Source: Ramazzottius varieornatus (lineage: Eukaryota; Animalia; Tardigrada). Taken from it: a DNA stretch of 64,000 nucleotides. Below the pieces are notes generated by a model, which was not told where the DNA came from, did no database searches, and saw only the letters and a program-made list of their open reading frames with translations. Numbering within the stretch: the first letter of the stretch is position 1; every line of letters starts with the position of its first letter. Positions 1 through 13,117 of this stretch are shown here, in pieces. The stretch covers positions 1,075,552 to 1,139,551 of the forward strand of contig BDGG01000011.1 of assembly GCA_001949185.1 (NCBI GenBank), read 5' to 3'. A program made the position numbers and the translations under genes.

Positions 1-2142
1 TTTCTTCGTCCCTCCCTTTCGGCTACGGTAGTTGAGTACCTACGAAAGTGCAGAGGCGCATATCAAAAATAGCGAAGGACAAAGGACCCAGCTGATCAGA
101 CAGCGTGGAAAGAATTGGGAGCGCAGAAGAACAAGTTGATCCTCCGGGACAAGCATCGTCGACTCAGAAAAATTGCCACATCCTCCAGAAGAAATCCAGC
201 CGCAGTCTGGAAGTGTATTAAGAAGAACACCGTCTGCAGTCCGATCCCACCGATTTCTGTTCCAGGCAGCGATGATCGATATCTGGTCTATCCGCAAGAT
301 AAGGCCGAATTCATCAGCAAGACCTTTGCCGATGAGCATGTCGACTGCCCGGTCCACTACAAGGCCCATCTGCCACCTCTGCCTGTCTGTCTCATGGAGC
401 CTGCAATTTCGCCCCGATGTCCAGACCTACTGATAACGACTACTGCCATCCTAACCATCACCAAGAAGTTGGACGTCAACAAAGCAGCTGGGTCATCTCT
501 CATCACCAACCGTCTCCTCAAAGTTGCAGGTGTTGCCATCGTTTACCCCCTGTCAAGACTGTTCAACCTCATCATCCAAACTGGACAGTTCCCTACGGTG
601 TGGAAGAAGGCTGACGTCGTTCCGATACCGAAGAAAGGAGGCTCCGCCTTTCGTCCCATCCTATCTTCCACCCTTGTCCAAACTCTTCAAGAAGATCCTT
701 GCTGATCATCTGAGCAACTACCTGTACCAGAATAAGTTGTCTGACTCAGTATGGTTTCAGGAAGCAAAGGTCGACAGAGATGCAGCTAGTCCAGATGTAT
801 CACCACTTCTCCCAAGTCTTGCTGCAGAGGAAAGAGGCCGACGGCATCCTGTTGGACTGTACGAAAGTTTCCGGCCGAATTCCGCATGACGTCATTGTTG
901 ACAGTCATTCCAAGCATGGAGTTACTGGTCGGCTACTGGCCCTGTTTTCGGACTACCTTCGAGGCAGAAGCCAGCGAGTGATGGTCGACGGATACTTCTC
1001 CGATGATCAGCCTGTGAAGTCTGGAGTTCCACAGGGATCAGTCCTTGGTCCGACATTCTTCACGGTTGCAGTCAACAGTCTTTCCACCTGCGTCAAGTCG
1101 ACAGTTCTCCAGTACGCCGATGACGACGTCCTCCATCGCACAGTAAGCAGTAAGGATGACTGTCGTGCCCCACAAGAAGACCTGGACAACCTTGCGGTGT
1201 GGTGTCGAAATTCTGGGCTAGACATTAGTTCCAGAAAGTCCCAGCACCTCCGGATCTCGAACAAGAAAAAGAAAACGGAGATTCCAGGTGGGTCGTACAA
1301 GTTCGCGAGTGATCCAATACCTGCCGAGAATGAGGGGGAATGTCTTGGCGTGACTTACTCTAGCCGACTTGACTGGACGCCCAGGTCGATAAGGTGACAG
1401 CAAAATGCAGGAAGAGGTTGTATGCTATCAACGCATACTTCCCTCGGTGCTTCGGCTCGGTCAAGCAACTCCTGTTGAAGAGTATCGTGCGGCCAGTCAT
1501 GGCTTATGCCTCGTCGGCATGGTCTGTTTCGGTGAAAGGTCTCTAACAGGCAGCTGGAAAATATTCAGAAGAAGTTTCTCCGCAGCATCAGACTCAGCAA
1601 GATGGAAACAACAGACAGTCACGACACCGACTTTATCCAGTATCGGCAGCATCTGGCGGAAGTTCAGTGGCTTCCTCTCTAGCAAAGACGACTCGAAGGT
1701 ATATTAATTAATGCTTATAAAATCATAGCAGGTGTCTTTGCAGAGGGAAGCCGCATCATGAAGAAGGAGCTGCCAGGGAGATCAAGAACGCAGTCCAAGG
1801 AGTTTGTCCTCGCACCAGTCAGCATCGCCCCAGCTTCTTGCACCCTTCTCGATACCACGCTGTCGTCCTTCGCCTACATCGCGATGAACTTGTTGAAGGA
1901 CCCTTTGTCTATCTGCTTACTACTGGCTCATTTAAGAAATATCTAAAGTCTCTTAACTTTTCAGCTCTGAAAGGGTCTAAGGACCATCTTGACCACAGCT
2001 TGTTGATTGTGTAAATTTGGACATTTTGTATTTGTTCTAGGTGCTTTTCGCCTATTATGATCTTTTTCTACGGCGCTCCAGCCACTCTTTTTCAAACATT
2101 GTTCTTCATTCGCTCGACTTTGTAAGCTCATTTAACAATAAA
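1..2142 (+). mobile_element. Decayed non-LTR retrotransposon (CR1/L2/Jockey-group LINE), reverse transcriptase region and 3' end; 5' part lies outside the window
   Basis: ORFs 115-705, 780-1397 and 1405-1707 carry RT motifs WKKADVVPIPKKG, FRPI, a decayed LDxxKxxxRIPH, SGVPQGSVLGP and YADD. They are broken by frameshifts and stops. AATAAA near 2137. Confidence 0.92.
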
Positions 2143-3017
2143 GCGGTTATCCCGCGAATGTTTCACATTCAAGAAAAGATCTGTCGGGTGGTCATGGAAA
2201 AAAACATGAAGGTTGGCCGTTTCAAGTTGATAGGTGGCGCACTGTACATCATGTTCCCAAATTTCGGCCAATCGAGAACGTGGTGATTAGGCCTGTTTGG
2301 CGACTCTCCCCGTTTCGGCTAGGTTAAACAAGTCGAAAGCGACTTTCCCACTTCGTATTCTGAAAGCCCAAAATCTCGTCATGGTCCAGATCTTAGCTGA
2401 TCATACGAGCTCTTGTTCATAAAGCATGGAATCATGGTATCAGATTGGAAGTGGTATGATATCCTTCCTCAAACAGCGGGGCACAGCGCAATCACTGCAG
2501 AACGGTTTTCTTGGTTGGCGATGATCCAACGTACGTCACAACAGGCGTACAATTACAAAAACACCTCGAATAGAGCGGTTGATAATTGGTACACACACCA
2601 GATTACTTTTTGCAGGCTGTTATCGGCCAGGGACTCGAATATACATACTCATGGGGAATTTGTAGTCTATCCAGTTGCCAGCAGAGATCGTATAACGGCA
2701 AACGGCATCCCGCTCTTAATTATAGAGAATTAATTGAAAGAAAGTATCGGAGATGGTGGTCGGGACCTTACACCACAAGCACCAGGTTGTAGTGTCTGGA
2801 CTCTGAATTTGATCCCTTTATTTTACCTTCCTTTTCCCGAGACGCGCTCTCTGTGTTTTTGATTTCCGCTTGAAGCGCTATCACGCCGCGAAAATGACTT
2901 CACTAGCCCATCCTATCGTTCTTGTCGCAGTCCTGCTCCTCATGTACCCACATGGCAAGGCGGATGGCTTCAGTGTTTATCAGCCTGGTGTGCTCCGTTT
3001 ATCGAACATTGGATGTA

Positions 3018-3197
3018 CACGTACGAAAAGAAAGTTTGGAACAGTAAAAAGTTTGGAACAGCCAATTCTGAAACAACGGAACGGAAATTCGTACGTTCGT
3101 GTGCAATTCACACCAATGCACGTTTTGACAATTCTCCACCGTTGAATTTTCAATTTGCCGTCTTTTCCGCCTCTTCCAAACTTTCCCTTCGTGCGTG
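3018..3197. mobile_element. MITE (TA-flanked, TIR CACGYACGAA..AAAGTTTGGAA); same family as 48762-50202
   Basis: ta|cacgtacgaaaagaaagtttggaac ... ttccaaactttcccttcgtgcgtg|ta. Confidence 0.7.
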
Positions 3198-3603
3198 TAC
3201 GTGCAGGTCAACTATGTCGTCAATCTCCGAGGTGCGGAGTCTGCCAGTTTTAACATGTATCTATGCTTTCCAGGACTGCGGGCTTCAGGACGGTTTCGCA
3301 TAACTAAGGGCGAGGTGCGCGAGCGCTCCCTCAAGAACCTTAAACTGCTGCTGCTGCATCACCAGCCGGTTTCAGGTCCATTCGGCGCATGGGGTCGTAT
3401 TGCTGGTTTGCCTGGCACGTATGGAGGCGGACGATGGTGATCGATGCTGGTTTTCAAGAGTTCTGTCCCAACCGGCTTGTAAAGTAGTTATTTTTTTCCT
3501 CTTATCCTATGGTGCACGCGCTCGGTCTCTCTAGCTTTCGGATTCAAGCGAGCACGATACTCGGACAGTTACTGTTGCCTTGCTCTTGCACGGGCTCGAT
3601 CGA

Positions 3604-4140
3604 GCAGCTGACAAGGGATTTACGCCGGTCCTGCCGCGCTGATTATCAAACCCCTTTGACGGATTGACAGAGGAGACTACTCTATTTTCGAAGACGGATA
3701 ACCAGTCTGAAAGGGAATTCTGGAAGACGCCACAGGCTTTGGAATTGATGGCCCGTTGACCGCTGCAGTGTGACGCGATGACGTAACGCGACGTTGATTG
3801 CGACGTTTCGACGACAAGAGGATCGGCTGTACTTCCGACTCTGCTCCAGATGGCCTGCTTTCGTGTACGCTCAACGCTGTAAGGTCTATGATTCGGCGGG
3901 AATTAGAAAATACAGCCGCCCAGCTGATCGTCTTGTCGTCATAACATCGCAATCAACGTCGCGTTACGTCATCGCGGCACACTGCAGCGGTCAACGGACC
4001 ATCAATTCCGAAGCCTGTGGCGTCTTCCAGAATTCCCTTTCAGACTGGTTATCTACCTCCAAAAATAGAGCAGACTCTCCTCTGTCCTAGTGGTCTGAGA
4101 ATCGGCGCGGCAGGACTGGCGTAAATTGCTTGTGAGTCTG
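3604..4140. mobile_element. Foldback/MITE with ~200-bp inverted arms
   Basis: 3604-3802 is the near-perfect reverse complement of 3947-4140 (e.g. ccagtctgaaagggaattctggaagacgccacaggc versus gcctgtggcgtcttccagaattccctttcagactgg). Confidence 0.8.
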
Positions 4141-5583
4141 TTGGACCAACTGCGAACTGCCAGAGTAGATTAGCCAGCGTAATTACTGCCCATACAGACA
4201 CACAGTACAATCTAATTTTTTTCCACGTCTCAAATTAGTAATTTGAGGAAATTGGTGCACGTAAGATCTAACGAGCTCAAGAGTAAACACATTAGAAATG
4301 TGAACCCAGGAACCATTTCCAGTCTTGAGAAATAAAATTCTGTTTTGACCAGCTTTATTAGCTTCAATATTGGGTCAAACGGTCGGCAATGCAAATTACC
4401 CAGTCGTATCGCAGTGCCAAAGATACCGCGTTCTGTGTACTCGATCACCAAGCTTGAACCTTCAGCCTTTCGCATTGATACTATTGTTCGCTGAATCACT
4501 GTACGAGGCGAACGCATTCTCCGCTGTCACCCGAAAAATGCGTCAATGCTAAAGTTCCGTTTGCGACCTACAACAAAGGCATATAGGCGAGCCTTTGTGA
4601 CAGCGATATGTTTGATACTAACTTTCCATCGTCGTTTTCCTCCAACACACGTATTTCAAGTGTGAAAAGTCAAATTCAGCAATCTACACGCAATGAGCAA
4701 ATACAATCAGTCTGCGTCGTGACGTCAGCGTCCCCGGACGAGCGACAACTTGATAGCGAACAGTCCAAAGTACCCTTGAGGGTTTCCCGTCTTAAGCACT
4801 TAAAAGTGCATCTTGAGAAGCAGACAGGGATGTAATAGTCTCACGCCGTGTACAATCATCGATATTGACCCAAAAGTCTTGATTCGATTTTCCGCTCGTT
4901 AAGTCTAGCTTAACCATCCCCATTGCTTAGCACGTTCGCCCGCGACTAAAAATCAATTTTATTTGAACAATATTCACTTCCGCTATCTTCTGCATAACTG
5001 CCTTCACGACGTAACCCCACGTTGTACTCACGCCTCTTTGATCGCTCTGTGGGTGTGCATCATAAGGGAGATAACTAGCCGGGAGGATCCGACCAACCCC
5101 TTAAACGACTCCCATTGTGCGACCTCGGTGAGTACGAAATACAATAGCAAACAATTCTAGCCCTCGATCAGTCCTGCGATCACCCACTGCAGGAGAAAAT
5201 TCCCTGTGAACTTTCCATAAAATTTGAGTACAAATTCGATAAGTCGCGAACGAGTGCTCTGTGGTGTAACGCAAGCTTGATTTCGGCTATCCGTTCTCCG
5301 TAAAAGAAAATCGGTGAGGAGTGATCGGAACACAGCGTAGATTTGCCTCGACAGCTGACAAACCGCCGGAAGTAGTAAACAGTGCGACGTGCCTAAAGCT
5401 CTCGGGAGGAAAAGCGGCTGTCCGTTGTTCCTCACTTCGATCTGTTCCTTTCAGTGTGACTTGTCTATCATTCTTTTATCGAACACTGCACTGTTGACCA
5501 ACTCGTCGCCTTTTCGCATTTCCGTTCTCTTACAGAACTTCGGTGTCCTGCCTGGACTCACACCAGCGAGAAGCTAATCAACC

Positions 5584-7244
5584 ATGGCTCTGTCTGACTT
5601 CCAGTCCAAAAAGCTCATCCACCTTTTCCGAACTTTCTTCGGTAAGTACCTTAGTTGAAGGTCGACGGTTTCAAGTGAATAAGCTCTTGATTGGCAGATC
5701 TGATTGACTCTTTGTAGACACCGACCACAACGGTACAATCGAGAAGAGCGATTTCGATATCGTAGCCGACAAGATCTGCAAGTTGCGCTCGTGGGAACCC
5801 GGAAGTCCGCAGTACGGCAGTGTTCACCAGAGGCTAGACACCATCTGGAAGGAGATCAGTGCCCATGACAGCGATGGCGACGGTCACATCTCCGAGCAGG
5901 AATGGCTTAACTTGTGGGCTGACGTCTTGGCCAAGAAAGGTAACGGCGGTGGCGGAGCCTGGATCAAGCACTACCAGGACTTTATGTTCGACGCCCAGGA
6001 TATCAGCGGAGACGGCAGCGTGGACGAGAATGAGTTCGTGACGCTGTACAAGTGCTTGGGGATACCGGACACGCAGTGCAAGGACGCTTTCCAGAAACTG
6101 ACCAATGTAAGTCTGAACTGGTTGTTTTCGGGTGACCACCTTTCCCACCCCTCCCCCCCCCCCCCCCGCTGTGAGAAATCTGAGGTTTTAAAGTCCGAGG
6201 AGGCCGGCAAACGACACGTGCAAGAATTTCATACTGGCGCACGCGCTCAGTCAACAAGAGTGAGAAGGTGCGCCACTCAAGACAGCGATCTTGCACCATT
6301 CGTTTGCCCCAGCGCCATTTCATACCAGTTTCTGCCGTGATCATATAAAGGTTAGAATTGTCTTTAACCAGTAAGTGGTCCTGACCACTGGGAAGGCCGA
6401 GCGAATGCACCGAAGCAGTTGGCAGTTATACTAACCCATTCTCATTGCGCACCATAACGCAGAACAGCACTCCATAGTATTCTCCTCACCGCCTCCGCTA
6501 CTTGGTCATCCACTGCCTGCAGTCTGGGGGCCGTCTACTGGCATCGCTGACATCAGGAGCTCCGTTCCCTGTAGATTCTGAGTTGGAGCCAGCTCTATCT
6601 CCATTTTCGGCGCAAAGCGGTTCAAGCTCTCCAAAACAGACAAAGCCCGGCGTTTCAGGTCTGTGAGAGCCCGCTGACAGCCTTGCCAGCTGCTCGAAGG
6701 ATGTTGCCTCTTTGTACTTTAGCCTGTCGGACGGACAACACAGGTTTTTACTGATATTATGCTTAACGCACATGACTGGTTCGTGTGGTCGAATTTAGTC
6801 TCAGTGCGCTTATCGTGACAGCCACGCGAAGTTAGGTAGCGAGATTGGCAATAAAACTTTCTGCCACCCCGATGAGCTCGCGCATCGTTTTACACAACTG
6901 GGTTTGCGATATCGAAAAGCTTTATCACTTTTCTCGCTCATGGTAAACGTGACAGACTCACAAAGGTCTCGCTTCGCTCGGCCTGACAAGCCATAAGGTT
7001 TCTTCATTTGTTATGGCTCATGTTTTGAATAGGTGTGACCGTGTGGGGCCGGCATCTGTGGTTATGTCCTGATTTTACTGCGAGCTGTGTTTCGTTCAGT
7101 GAGCGTGGATTTGACGACGTTGTTCGGTTTCAGGGCGGAGATGGTAAGCTGACCAAGGATGTCTTCATGCAACGCTTCCAAGAGTTTATCTCATCAGACG
7201 ACAAATCGGCGGCAGGCAACTATCTATTCGGCGGCTCGCTGTAG
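5584..7244 (+). CDS. Calexcitin / sarcoplasmic calcium-binding protein (EF-hand); exons 5584-5641, 5718-6106, 7134-7244
   Basis: Spliced product MALSDFQSKKLIHLFRTFFDTDHNGTIEKSDF...DSDGDGHISEQEW...DISGDGSVDENEF...EFISSDDKSAAGNYLFGGSL. EF-hand loops, typical SCP N- and C-termini, and phase-compatible GT-AG introns. Confidence 0.92.
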
Positions 7245-8813
7245 ATATGATCGACCGGTGACTAGTTTCAACAAGATAATGTGGCCAGCAATCAAAGCCT
7301 GAACACAAAATTTTGCATTCTAATTTAATAATGTTTATCGCAAGGACGAGTATCTGCATACGATTATTTGCATCATTCTTGAGATACAGTGTCAACAAAA
7401 GATTCGTGGCGCGGCGTTCCTGATCGAAACGGACAGGTCGAAGCCGATTTCAAGAGAAGGGAGAAAAGGGGACGAAAAATGTATACTTGTACCGGATAAG
7501 TTCTCCCTAGTTATCCTAGACGACGTGGGCTACATCACCAATTATAGTATAATAATCAATACACCGTTGTACGGTACAACGTTAGCTGACATACCCGCTA
7601 AATCCTTATCTCCTTTTCTGGAACTTTGAACCTTGTCAGTATTTACTGACATTCTCCACAGCGTAGTTAATCAACACCGCACCTTCAAGCGTAGCAACGT
7701 GCGCATGCGCTGCCTCGCCAGCAGTGAGCTGTAACTGGTCGGTTGGCAGCTAGGAGGCTGTTACGCACTACCCATCGAAAATTTCCCAAGTGTCAGACCC
7801 ACAAACCGAAAGTGCATCACACAAAAAGAGTTCATCGTAAAACAAAAAGGGAGTAAAACTGAAAAATGGCGCTTCCGCACGGGAATGGTAAGTGTTATTA
7901 CACGCTGCGCTTGTAAGCTGAAGCTTATGTAACAGAAGCGGGTCGTTGTCGGCTTCGACCTTGAAAAGATAAAAAACCGTACTTTTCTTGTATGTAACAG
8001 CTACAACCCTGTATGGATACTATTGTGGCCAAACTGTCGAAGAGAGGAGTTCCACTTTCTTGTAAATGATGAGTAGTAAGTGACAATTTGCTAAACACTG
8101 ATCGTCCGAATCCCTTGTAAAGAGTTAATTATTTTACGCATATGTTTGGGATTTTTTTGCCCTCGATTAATCCCACAAAGAAAAGGAGGGAACCACTTTG
8201 CTGACATATCATTTCAATGTATCGCCTTTCAAACTCAGACAAAGCTCACCGTCGTGATAACAACCGACCACAAATTCTTTGACTTATCCGGAAGTTCCTC
8301 CGATCGGGGAATCTCATATCCACGATACACTGACTTCGCAAACACCATCCGACAAAACGTGGCCACGGAAATTAATTCATACATATGTACTTAGAAGAGG
8401 GAACTAGACGGGGTACGGCATTAAGTTGACCTACCGTTCGGTAGCCTCTGGTTTCTTCCTATGCTACATGCACAGTTCAGAAGCCTTCATCGCAGTTTAC
8501 AGTCATGTCCTGCTTCTGCCTTCAGCCATACGGCCCATACTGGTCAGGTATTGGTGAGCGAGCTCGGTCCGGTGACACCAACCGTTCAGCCAGACACATT
8601 GCCAATCTACGTGATATTGAACCTGAGAGAAATTATTTATGGCACATATATACACCGGGTGTTGAACGGAGGTGACACTGTAAAGTGACTGTCACCTTGC
8701 CATGAAATACGACCATTGGATTTCCGAGGGTCAAAACGTGGCCTTGTTTGCATGATTTATGGTCTTCGAAGCGCTCCGTTTTGCAGCTGTCAGATAAGAG
8801 AAGAGACGCAACA

Positions 8814-10306
8814 TCATAGGCGTCCTCCATCAATAATATTCGGCCTGATACGAGGTATGCCAAAGTCCAAAAACCTCTTTAAAGCACATAAAGGACTAGG
8901 TTCTATCACAGACATCTTGTTATCTACTTTCCCATCTTTCGTGGCCAGCTCGTTTTCCTGGACCATTCTCCCTTCAAGCCTACTTATGCTGCCATCTGTC
9001 CCGGTATCACTAGCTTGGTCCGCCAGAGGTCGCTCCAGTTTCATCTTCACAGTACCGTTTCTTTCACACTGCTCCTCACTCACCAGCGCTGTCGTCTTCG
9101 TAGAAGATTTTGATCTGTCTGGGCTCACAGAGCCGGAAGGCTCTAATGTGTGAAATTCTGCCCTTCGTTTTATCACGGGAGTGAAAGCAGAGGGTCGTCG
9201 CAGCAGTCCATTTCGTTCTTCCGAATTCGCTGGAAATTCTGAAACGTTCCTGGATGTAGTACTTTGGTCCAAGGAGGATTTTCCGTGAAGGTGAATGGAC
9301 TTTGAGGAATACCATGCAGTTCGCGATGTTAATAAACTTGTACGTGGAGGTTTGGTGGATTGCATTCGTTGTTCAACAGGCGCCGAATTCACCCTGGAGT
9401 TCTTTGTTTCAGTTGACTTTATGACCGGCACGTGCACCGTTGAGGTCTTGGCGCAATGCCGTAAAGACGTGGCATCTGGCCCAACAGTGATGTTGTCATG
9501 ATGGCCGCTGGTCTTGATGTGTGCTGACAGTTCCGTCAGGCTGTTGTACGAGTGACCACACTTGAGACATTTCAATATCCGACGTTTCTGCTCGACATCC
9601 TGTATCCACATATCCTGTCCGCGGACCATCTTCCGAGGGAACTTTGCAGCGGCGATGCCCGTGGCGAAATACTGCTCCAGTTTAGCCGACAATTCTTGGA
9701 AAGAACCCATCACGTTGATTGGCTCTTTATTGTTACCTTCCAAGCTGGGATCAACCGACGGGGAAATTTTCGACGAGGTTTGGCTCGAAGACACGACGGT
9801 TTGATTACAATCAGGTGCAGTCTGCAACAGAAACAACACAGGTGAACAAAAAAAACAACGAAGGAATGGACAAACAGCAAAGAAGTGACGGGTGATTGAT
9901 GATAGACAGAAGGCGGACAGGTAAGTGCAGCGGTAATAAATCTCGCGAGTTGGCTGACAGAAAGCGAAACTAGCAGACAGTTATACTGTACCATTACAAC
10001 TGGCTGTTTATTGTTGTTGTTGAAAGATTTGTGCAGCCTTAAGTCCAGCGGCTGTTGGTCAGCTGATGGATGCGGCGAAGTGACAGGGTTCGCCGGTTTC
10101 GGCTTGGCTGAGAACGACGGTCTCTGCTTTGAGACATTTTCGACGCTGTTTGGGACACTTCCGGTCGCTCTACTTGTTGCAATGTTTTCCAGCTGGTTGG
10201 CAGGAGGATTTGTCTGCTGGTCATCGCCGCGTAGTTTCTTGACAATCTTTTCCAACTTTGAGACGGCGCTTTCTTCGTTGGCTAAAATGACGAACATCGT
10301 CAGCAT
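8814..10306 (-). CDS. tsh: Teashirt/tiptop-like C2H2 zinc-finger transcription factor; exons 10306-~9992 and 9821-8814
   Basis: RKMVRGQDMW...RRILKCLKCGHSYNSLTELSAHIKTSGHHDNI matches the Tsh/Tio RGQDVW..QILKCMWCG finger. PLDL CtBP-binding motif (QPLDLR). SPLCALKRF resembles the Tsh PLxAL motif. Phase-0 intron. Confidence 0.75.
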
Positions 10307-12914
10307 GTTATCGCTGTGTTTCCAGGTTGGTCAGAGTTGCCTTGTTATGTGAAAGTGGAAAGAAGGAAGTATGTGCGGAAGAAGGAAAAGGACTTGGGGG
10401 AGATGGATCGATGGATGATTGATGGAAATGACATTTATTAGTCTGACAGTGACGGATGATCGAGGAATTTACCGATGTGGCGTGAAGCGCCGCTCAGGCG
10501 CGTTGACGTTACGGATAGTCACATCGAGTCATGTGTCAGATCAGAGCCGGACCCGCTACTGCATCATCTAATGGCAAAAAGACAGCCAGCCATCATCCAT
10601 CCATCTCCTCCTCTATCTCCTCCACTCTTCCACACTGATGCTACTTCGAACCATCAGACCCAAAAAAGTGCACTGGTTCTTTCAGAAAAGACAACCGATA
10701 CATTTCGAAAAGTCAAACGTGGCCGTTAGAACTGTAGTGTCTGTCATTTATACATGCAAGGGAGTCGTCGACGTTCGCACCTCCAAGTTTCCGCGGAATT
10801 TCCTGCTTGCGCTTTCCCATTCTTCCAAGTGTGGAGGGAGGCAAATTTGGCAGCGACCTACAGGGACATCACCAACAGCCTTTTATCAGAGTTCCAAGAC
10901 GTGAAGTAGAGGAGAGGGGCTGCACAAGGAAGTACTCTGAGCCAGGGTCTCGACAGGACGGTTTGTAGGCGATAAGATAAGAGGAGACCAGTAAGCCGCT
11001 ACGAGGATAGGAGTAGGTGATGACAGAGAAGACGACTTGTTCTTCTACACAACGTAAATCTATCTTTGATGGGTCGACGAATGTGGGGCGGGGAAAGGAA
11101 ATGCGAATCGATAACGTCACTGATGGTCAGCAGGAGTAAGATTTGGCAAAAAATGGAGCCGGCGATAACGAGGCAGTGAAGTGGCAGACTCTCAAATGGA
11201 ATGATGAAGAGCGGTTATGGTTCGACGTCAGTTTGAGCGCTCATCGTTGATCTGAATAGGCTGATGGAAAAAGTTCGAGTTGAAGAATTAGGCTTGATAC
11301 GGGGCGTCTGTTGTCAGCAGCCGTCGCTGGAAGGCATCCGAACAGGCGATACGGCCATGATGAGGCTATGCTTGTTTCCTGTCGATCGTCATTGAATAAC
11401 GGCAACTACAGAATGATCTACTGTGAGCAAAGCATCAAGGAAAGAAAAGGCCAGGCTGGAAAAGTGCGGCGCATTCGAGACGATGTATAGCTATCCGGCT
11501 GGAAATGACATCTGACTGATTTGTGACACTTTATTTATCATGTGATGCTTGATTTATGCGCCGCTTTCCAGGATGGCCGCTCGCATAACGCATTACGCCG
11601 CTCCATCACTTTGGCCGTCAGTCACCGCCATCGGCTTCTGTACACTGTACAGCCACTCGTACAGTACCTCATAGCATAACAAAGCCTTCACCAGGGAACT
11701 TTCGAAGCAAATTTCCGAAACCCACCAAAAAGTCAGTCTTACGTAGAATGACTTCAAACATCTTTTCGCTTTAGTCTCCTTGCCTAGAGCCAGGCGTTAG
11801 AGCTTTCGTTAAACTTCCGATTATCTTTCGAACCGTGATGGGTCTTCTGGCCGCGCGGCTACTTCGGTATGAGGACTCTTGTCCTGGTGCTAGATTTTAT
11901 ATGTTTCTGGATGTGTATGTATGTTTATGAATCTCCCGAGATGACCACGACAAACTGACAAATGTGCACAAAAGTTGTTATCTGGTTCGTCACCGATATG
12001 CGAGCAAGGCACATGGAGACTGTATTCTGATTGAAGGAAGCTTTTTTGTCAGAAACGGCAGGCGATAATTAATGGACGAGACTGAATAGGTTTTTCCTTT
12101 GCTGGTCGATGACAATCATGGCATGGCTGATGCCATGGCTGGAAGCTGCATGCAGCTGGGTTAAGTTACATGTGCGCCAACGAAGGGTAATCAATCAGCG
12201 GGACCAACCTGTCACTTTTGACGAGCGCTGCCTTTCGTGCTGTTAAGGGGAAAATGAGCTAACACAACAGCAGAGTCTGACAATCCCACAGGCTAAGAGA
12301 GAATAGGCTAGATGATGATGAGTGACGGATGGACGGGACGATGAACAGCCCGTCATGGACCCCAGCCACACACATCCTGTAAATAAAAAGCCTCCGCGAT
12401 CCTTGGCGACCCATCATCCATCCGACGCGACAGCTGGTTCGTCGATATGCGCATCATACACTTTCCAACAGAGAACCCTCTCTGTTAAGTGGATGCTTGC
12501 TTATCCCGACCACCGAGCGAACCCGATGCAACGGTCTTTGAATGACTGATGCGGCATCTTCGCATACACTCACACGGTCCATCATTTTTATAAGACCGAA
12601 GCAGCGTACCGCAATCCTGTCAAAACGCAGGAATAAACATGTCCACTGCTTTACTAGAGAACCACATGGGATACAATAGAAAATTCTAGGCTTTCCGCCC
12701 AAACTGCAGTTGTGGACCGGTACTATTCAAAAGGCCTGTCGCACTCGGTTGTGACAAGGAAATACCGCTTGTGGCTCCACCACCAGTACAGGCGCGGAAC
12801 AGTCTTCGGGGGGTTTTTTTCTGCGACACATCTGTTGTTCGTACACTCGGCTCGGGAGCTGGGTCAAGGAGTATTCCATCTGATTGATAATCCAAACTAC
12901 CATTGCCGAAGTAT

Positions 12915-12964
12915 NNNNNNNNNNNNNNNNNNNNNNNNNNNNNNNNNNNNNNNNNNNNNNNNNN
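12915..12964. other. Scaffold gap (50 N)
   Basis: Run of N. Confidence 1.
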
Positions 12965-13117
12965 GATTTGCCACTTTTACACAATACTTCGGCAATGGTA
13001 GAAGCTATTAACCCGTGTCCTCAGCAAAAACTGGCAGAAAGCTCGGTTCAGCAAAACCACAGCTTTTACACTCGGATCTGCGGCATCCTAAGTTCAAGAG
13101 ATTTCTTAAAGAAATAA

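Noticed and set aside
8066-8205. C/D-box snoRNA (ATGATGA...CTGA)
   Set aside because: No terminal stem and no recognisable rRNA or snRNA guide.
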